A stretch of 64,000 bases of DNA, from contig OZ251230.1 in the NCBI GenBank assembly GCA_965240325.2, forward strand, positions 2,170,001 through 2,234,000, in the 5' to 3' direction. The translations under genes and the position numbers were made by a program. This DNA is from Rebecca billardiae RCC1528. Lineage: Eukaryota > Protista > Haptophyta. Below the pieces are notes generated by a model. That model ran no database searches. It was not told where the DNA came from and worked only from the letters and a program-made list of their open reading frames with translations. Below, piece by piece: positions 57,435-64,000 of this stretch. Within the stretch, counting starts at the first letter, position 1. Every line of letters begins with the position of its first letter.

Positions 57435-59623
57435 CTCAGACCGCTTGCGTCGACGAGTCGCGCGGCGCCCCTTCGTCCCTTCGGCTTGTTCGAGCCCGCG
57501 TGCGGCCAATCACCCCGGGCGGCTCGCGAAGGTGCGGCCTTGCGGCGCAGGACGGGACGAGGCGAGGGCTCTCAGAAGACCCTCATCGTCATGATATCCG
57601 CAACGGTGTATGACAAACGCGACGGCGGGTTTAGGGATCTCCATGTCAACTCATAGTCCTTGATGGGCAGGGCTAGCGGTACTGACACAGTAGTAGGGCG
57701 AGTGTGCACGTGTAAACGCATTGGCGCAAATGTGCGTGTACTCGGTATGCCTGTATGGGGGTACTGCTGTGTCGGTCGATGCGACAGCGCGCCACATTTT
57801 CAACAGCGCCTGGTTTTCTGATGAGGCCTCTCACCGCTTCCCGCCAAAGTTGGGCGCGGCGCGTGTCCTCATATCGGCGAGGGGCCTTAGAAGTGCATGG
57901 AGTATGGACGCCTGCTGTATTACAGTGTTATTTACAGTTTACCCCCAGCATACCATACTAAACTGCGGGGGCCTGGCGGCCTTGTCCCGCGGTGGGGCTG
58001 GTCGAACACAGCGCATCTTCCGGACGCGACGGAGAAGCTTGCCACTTGCCAGGCCTGGCAGACCCGACGACGATGGGACGACTTACTCAGCGCTGACGAA
58101 CTATCAACTAACTAACTCGGTATATTGACTAATCCAGTGGCGCGCCGCAGGCGCCGCAGGCGCGTGCGCGCGCGGCGCGGACACTGCGCGGCACCGCACC
58201 GCCACCGCGGTTCTGCAAGGCCCATCGAGGCGCACGGCGAGGCGCGCGTCGATGCAGTCGTCGCTGCGCACGACCGCTCGGGCACGACGGCGCGGCAACG
58301 GCACGCACCGCGGACTGGCCCACCGGTCTGCGACTGCAGGCGCGGGCCGAGCTGCGCAGGCAGGGCACAACCTGCACAGCGTAGTAGACTTGCAGCCGTC
58401 GCTGAGCACGGCCCGTCGGGCACGACGTGGTACGGGCGGCTCGTGTCGTTGTGAATGTTGTGTTGTGCAGCTCGCGCCGGCGGGCACGCACCTCTGCGAT
58501 GGCGCCGCGAGCCGCGCGCGGCGCGGCTGACGGCTCGAAGGCTGCGCCCGTTGATGACGAGCCAGCGCAAGTAGTGGTCGGGCAAGTCGGCGCCAGCGGG
58601 TCGGGGTGGCTCAATGGTAGGCTTGTGGTACGAGCTTTTCCATCAGGCCGTTCGTGCACGTCATCTGATGCGCGGGTGCGGCTGCTTGATCGCCGCCACG
58701 TGCCGCTGGATCTCCGCCAGATCGGCGCAGTACCTCGCGACGCCGACGATGGCATCTGGCGCTGGGTTCGGCGGAATCGGCGGTGGCCCGCGGAGCTGAT
58801 CCTCGTCGCGCACGTGTGTGCGAGCGCGAGTGCCGGCAGCGTCGTCGAGCCACGCCGGCTGAGCGCCATTCTGCGTGTCGCGCGCGGCCTTCGCCTCCTG
58901 CAGCAGCGCGCTCGTTCGTCATACTCAATCGCGTGCGCCGAGCGCACGCGGCGCGGCGGCGAAAGCACTCGTGCGTCGCGGCTCCTCGACTTGGGGTGCG
59001 GATGGTCGTAGAAAAGCGTCAACAAATCGGTGGGAATCGCAACGCATTCCGTATGGCGCGCGCTCAAAAAGGTAACGACATGCGAGTCTCGATTCCCGAG
59101 GCGTGCCTAATAAAAAATCGTTTGAGGCCTCATTGTTCGTATTCCTACTCCGGTATTACTTTCCTCAGCAGTACGTCACACCAATTAAAGGGGGTCGGAG
59201 CTGGGTCTCCCAGAGCTTTGAGAATAGAATTAAAATTCTTTAAATAAGCTGTGTTCATCAGAATTATTTAAGCAGAATATATATTTAACGACGTGGCAGC
59301 ATCGGACAAGCGTCATTAGGCTCAGAGTGCAACAGACACATAGAATGCGCCCGTGCCATCCGTCCAGGTCAGACAGTGCGCCACCCGCAGCCCTGCCCCC
59401 CTACGGGAGCGGGGCCGGAATGGAGCACCGCCTCGGCCTGGGGCACGCAGCGGCGACGGCAGATGCCGCCGCGGCCGAGCGCCTTCCGGAGCACTTGGAT
59501 GAGGGTGAGGTCGTAGTCGATGTCGCTGCCCGCCGACCTATCGGCGAGTAGCTCCGGCAAGCGGCAGCCGCGGCTGTCGCCCCCGTGCGCCCGCGTGGGC
59601 GCCTGGATGAGGATGAGGTCGTA

Positions 59624-60405
59624 CAGGGTCTCCAACATTAAACTGGACACTTTGGGCAGCAGCTCAGCGTACGGCCTGTGGCTGCCTCGCGCGGGGTCAG
59701 GAGCGGCCAGCTCGGCTCGTGTGCACCCCACTAGGTCTGTCTGCGACCGCGCATAGCCGGGCAGCCCGCGTGGAGCACCCCTCTGGGTCATGCGGACAGT
59801 CGGCACAAGGCTGGTCGTGAGGGCCGTGAAGCAGCCGTGTGGCTTCTGCGCATGTCTGTAGCCAGCAAGCCCGCTCAAGGCCGCGCAGATATTATTACGT
59901 GGCATGGTCGATGACTATGCGGCATGCGCTCGACAGCCCTGGGCAAGCCCGGACGTAGCGCTACACCAGGAGTATATACGGCTCGATCGGACCAGCCTAC
60001 CAGTTGCGCACCTCGCTTGCACAGCTGCTGCACAGCCCATCGATCGGCTCTGGCCGTGCAGGCAAGGGCTACAGTCGGCGCCACTACCCGCAGCGAACGC
60101 TGGAGACCCACCAGTGCGCGCACCAACCCGCCCGCCGCCAAATGCAACCGTGCGCCAGATACGAATTTTAGCAGGCATGCCACCCGCGGGGGCTCCGTGG
60201 ACCTGTTCAGAGCCAACCGCTAGTCGGTTGAGCTGTACATCCAAGCCAGCCCTGGCCACACGCTGAGCGCGCCGCTCGCTGCACCCACACCCTGTCGTCA
60301 TCCGAGGAGTAAGGTCCATGGCGCTCATGCGAGCCTCTGGCCCATCTCATCGTTAGCAGCCGTAGTCAGCAAAAATCAGTGTCCGAACAATTGTTGGGGA
60401 CCCTG
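59624..60405. mobile_element. Tc1/mariner-type MITE copy 1 (782 bp)
   Basis: Imperfect 27-bp TIR CAGGGTC(T/C)CCAACA.......GGACAC; preceded by TA. Confidence 0.88.
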
Positions 60406-60517
60406 TGTGCACACTCGCCTGCCGCATGTTGAGTGACTGTCAGCCAGGGAGCTGAAGACGACGGCTTCTCAGAGGCCGCGCGAGCTCGACGGCGGCGCGC
60501 GCGGGCACGGTGGGCTG

Positions 60518-61389
60518 GCGCGGCCCCGGCGCGCGCCCATCCGGCCGCACGCCGCCGCGCCAGCCGCTCCTGCACGCGGGCTGACCGAGGCGCCAGCCTC
60601 ACCCAACCGCCGCTGCTTGCCGTGGAGCTGGTCGGGAGATGATGGGGTGGGTCGGCTGCTCCCAGAAGCTCTCCACGCGCGCCGCGCGCGCTGCATACGG
60701 GTGCGGCGGGTCGGCGCGGCCCCGCCGCGCGCCCATCCGGCCGCGCGCCGCCGCGCCAGCCGCTCCTGCACGCGGGCTGACTCAGGCGTCAGCCTCACCC
60801 AACCGTGAGCCGCCAGCTGCTTGCCGTGGAGCTGGTCGGGAGAGGATGGGGTGGGTCGGCTGCTCCCAGAAGCTCCCCACGCGCGCCGCGCGCGCTGCAT
60901 GCGGGTGCGGCGGGTCGGCGCGGCCCCGCCGCGCGCCCATCCGGCCGCGCGCCGCCGCGCCAGCCGCTCCTGCACGCGGGCTGACTCAGGCGTCAGCCTC
61001 ACCCAACCGTGAGCCGCCAGCTGCTTGCCGTGGAGCTGGTCGGGAGAGGATGGGGTGGGTCGGCTGCTCCCAGAAGCTCCCCACGCGCGCCGCGCGCGCT
61101 GCATGCGGGTGCGGCGGGTCGGCGCGGCCCCGCCGCGCGCTCATCCGGCCGCGCGCCGCCGCGCCAGCCGCTCCTGCACGCGGGCTGACTCAGGCGTCAG
61201 CCTCACCCAACCGTGAGCCGCCAGCTGCTTGCCGTGGAGCTGGTCGGGAGATGATGGGGTGGGTCGGCTGCTCCCAGAAGCTCTCCACGCGCGCCGCGCG
61301 CGCTGCATACGGGTGCGGCGGGTCGGCGCGGCCCCGCCGCGCGCCCATCCGGCCGCGCGCCGCCGCGCCAGCCGCTCCTGCACGCGGGC
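60518..61389 (+). repeat. 204-bp tandem repeat, ~4.3 copies
   Basis: Near-identical ORFs start at 60617, 60821, 61025, 61229 (period 204). Confidence 0.95.
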
Positions 61390-61825
61390 ATGGCTGCCGA
61401 AGATCCGCACGGAATCGGCCGGGCATCAGACAGCAGTACCCGAATAACGGTTCGAATCGCTCAGTAACGTCGAAAGCAATGCCTGCCGGCCGCGGCGCGC
61501 CGGCGCGCAGGTCAGCACGGCGGGCACGCGCTGGTACGGACCACTGTGGTGCTCCTGCGAGCAGCTGCTGACGCGTTGGCGCGATGAGACCAGCGTCCTC
61601 GCAAACACGTGACCAGGTGGCCCAGTGCCACTGCCCTGCCTCCACACGCTAGTCGAGGGAGTGACGCGTGCCGAATGTGTCTCGCCGGATGACCACCAAG
61701 GCTGCTGTCAATAAATATGAGGTGGGTCTCGTCGACAACCCGAACTGCTGGGTGTCTATTTGAAATATACTCCGCAGATTCTGCCAGTGGCAGCTACGGA
61801 GCTACGCTCGTCGCCGAGATACCTT

Positions 61826-62607
61826 CAGGGTCTCCAACATTAAACTGGACACTTTGGGCAGCAGCTCAGCGTACGGCCTGTGGCTGCCTCGCGCGGGGTC
61901 AGGAGCGGCCAGCTCGGCTCGTGTGCACCCCACTAGGTCTGTCTGCGACCGCGCATAGCCGGGCAGCCCGCGTGGAGCACCCCTCTGGGTCATGCGGACA
62001 GTCGGCACAAGGCTGGTCGTGAGGGCCGTGAAGCAGCCGTGTGGCTTCTGCGCATGTCTGTAGCCAGCAAGCCCGCTCAAGGCCGCGCAGATATTATTAC
62101 GTGGCATGGTCGATGACTATGCGGCATGCGCTCGACAGCCCTGGGCAAGCCCGGACGTAGCGCTACACCAGGAGTATATACGGCTCGATCGGACCAGCCT
62201 ACCAGTTGCGCACCTCGCTTGCACAGCTGCTGCACAGCCCATCGATCGGCTCTGGCCGTGCAGGCAAGGGCTACAGTCGGCGCCACTACCCGCAGCGAAC
62301 GCTGGAGACCCACCAGTGCGCGCACCAACCCGCCCGCCGCCAAATGCAACCGTGCGCCAGATACGAATTTTAGCAGGCATGCCACCCGCGGGGGCTCCGT
62401 GGACCTGTTCAGAGCCAACCGCTAGTCGGTTGAGCTGTACATCCAAGCCAGCCCTGGCCACACGCTGAGCGCGCCGCTCGCTGCACCCACACCCTGTCGT
62501 CATCCGAGGAGTAAGGTCCATGGCGCTCATGCGAGCCTCTGGCCCATCTCATCGTTAGCAGCCGTAGTCAGCAAAAATCAGTGTCCGAACAATTGTTGGG
62601 GACCCTG
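61826..62607. mobile_element. Tc1/mariner-type MITE copy 2 (782 bp), direct repeat of copy 1
   Basis: Same sequence at offset +2202; followed by TA. Confidence 0.88.
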
Positions 62608-62971
62608 TAGTACGCGTCGCCGCGCGCCGGCCAAGCGGCGCGCAGCTGCAGAAGAGGGGCTTGGAGAGTGAGCGCGCCGCCTAGCGCGCTCTGGACGATG
62701 AAGCAGATGAGGTTGTAGTCGATGTCGCAGCCCGGCCCGCCGGCGGGCTGCTGCAGATGCAGTGCTTGATGCTGGGGAACCTGGCCCCCGGGCGCGTCAC
62801 ACCCCGCACCCCCTGCCCCACCTTGACCTAGGGTGGAGCATGGGGCACGGAGGAGGCCAGCGCCAAGGGCCAGATGGGTGCAGCGGCGTCCACCTGCTGC
62901 ATCGCCCCCCGAGGCGATGCAGCCGGCGGCCGGCTGGAGAAAGAGGGTGCCAGTGCCTATATCCCAGAGCA

Positions 62972-63099
<128 letters not shown>

Positions 63100-63885
63100 G
63101 GGAAGAGACGCGCACAGCTCATCAGGCAGGCGCGCAAACAATGCGTACGACAGCACTTTTACTACAGCTTATTCCTGATGCGAGCTTTCGCGCTGCGTGC
63201 CTGCGTCTCGCCGAAACCTTTTATTATTATGGCGCACGGCCCCCCCGAAAGGTCTGAGCGTGAGCGAAACTGAAAGCCGGGGGGGGGGGCGGCGCACGTG
63301 CTCCGCAAAATCAAAAAAGATAATGGCGCGCGTGATGCTGGTGGGGATTTTGTACGTACTTGTAGCAGGGGGAGGGCTGCTAGTGAATGGCATTCAACCC
63401 CCTTGATGACGCTTGATTGCGTTCGTACTATCCGATTCCCCTGCTCGTATTAATCTCTTTATGCAGGCATAGATACTAATAGCGGGACAATTCCCTCGCT
63501 GAATAGCACAAATGGCCTTGGCCTTCTTGGCCCAATGCGGGTGGGATTCGACATCTCTATCTGCGAGGATTAAGAGCTCTCTGATGAAAAAAGTGTGGTG
63601 AGTGTGTCCTGGACAGCCTGAGCGGAAAGGTCAATAATTACGGTTGTGATTCAAGATTCCTCACCCCGTATTGCCAATTGATTCAAAACCAATGCGGGTG
63701 TGAATCGACGCGTTTGTGCTCTATCTGCGATCAATATGAGCTCTCTGATTCAAATGGGTGTACGCTGTCCTGGACAGACTCTGATCAATGATGATCGGCG
63801 CGAAAAGTTGCGCGTGAGCTCGGTGACGACGATCCAACGGCAAAGTGCCACCGGCACGTGAGTCGGTGGCTCTGCGTGGAGTGCG

Positions 63886-64000
<115 letters not shown>

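Noticed and set aside
58100-59070. Overlapping ORFs upstream of the RTX gene
   Set aside because: Frameshifted and unassignable; no supportable call
59904-60266. PWASPDVA in the MITE as a mariner SPDL catalytic-region remnant
   Set aside because: Single short motif with no other DDE/D motifs recognisable
60518-61389. 204-bp array as CRISPR or coding repeat protein
   Set aside because: No unique spacers; translations are low-complexity with no recognisable domain
59624-62607. LTR retrotransposon/TRIM interpretation of the 782-bp direct repeats
   Set aside because: Ends are CAGGG..CCCTG with 27-bp TIRs and a TA duplication rather than TG..CA with a 4-6-bp TSD; no PBS/PPT or gag-pol seen

Overview
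GC-rich, gene-dense eukaryotic nuclear DNA with spliceosomal GT-AG introns (donor consensus GTGCGC, CG/CA-rich intron bodies). The composition and bipartite targeting peptides suggest a red-lineage alga, plausibly a pavlovophyte haptophyte (inference only). Bases 1-46.4k carry about 20 protein genes, often as tight head-to-head pairs: DHHC palmitoyltransferase, ARL1, PX protein, ShKT-prolyl 4-hydroxylase, hotdog thioesterase, eIF3g, NHE antiporter, FUN14, MDH1, FkbM methyltransferase, ankyrin-MYND, LRR protein, TUTase, pantothenate kinase, SNase, IQ/Sfi1-like and RCC1 proteins. Bases 46.5-64k are a transposon-rich zone around one intron-containing RTX-repeat membrane protein gene. Highlights: (1) a putatively plastid-targeted protein made of two tandem RbcX-like (Rubisco chaperone) modules; (2) a lipid-anchored CUE-WW-UIM protein with a herpes-tegument-type (VTD) deubiquitinase motif set; (3) an LRR protein carrying a motor-less dynein stalk/microtubule-binding domain; (4) a composite transposon of two apparently identical Tc1/mariner MITEs bracketing cargo, with a single outer TA duplication whose removal restores a reading frame; (5) a 4.1-kb TIR element with a 2-bp AT target duplication, whose empty site is preserved elsewhere in the window. 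All family assignments are by eye from motifs; no database searches were run.
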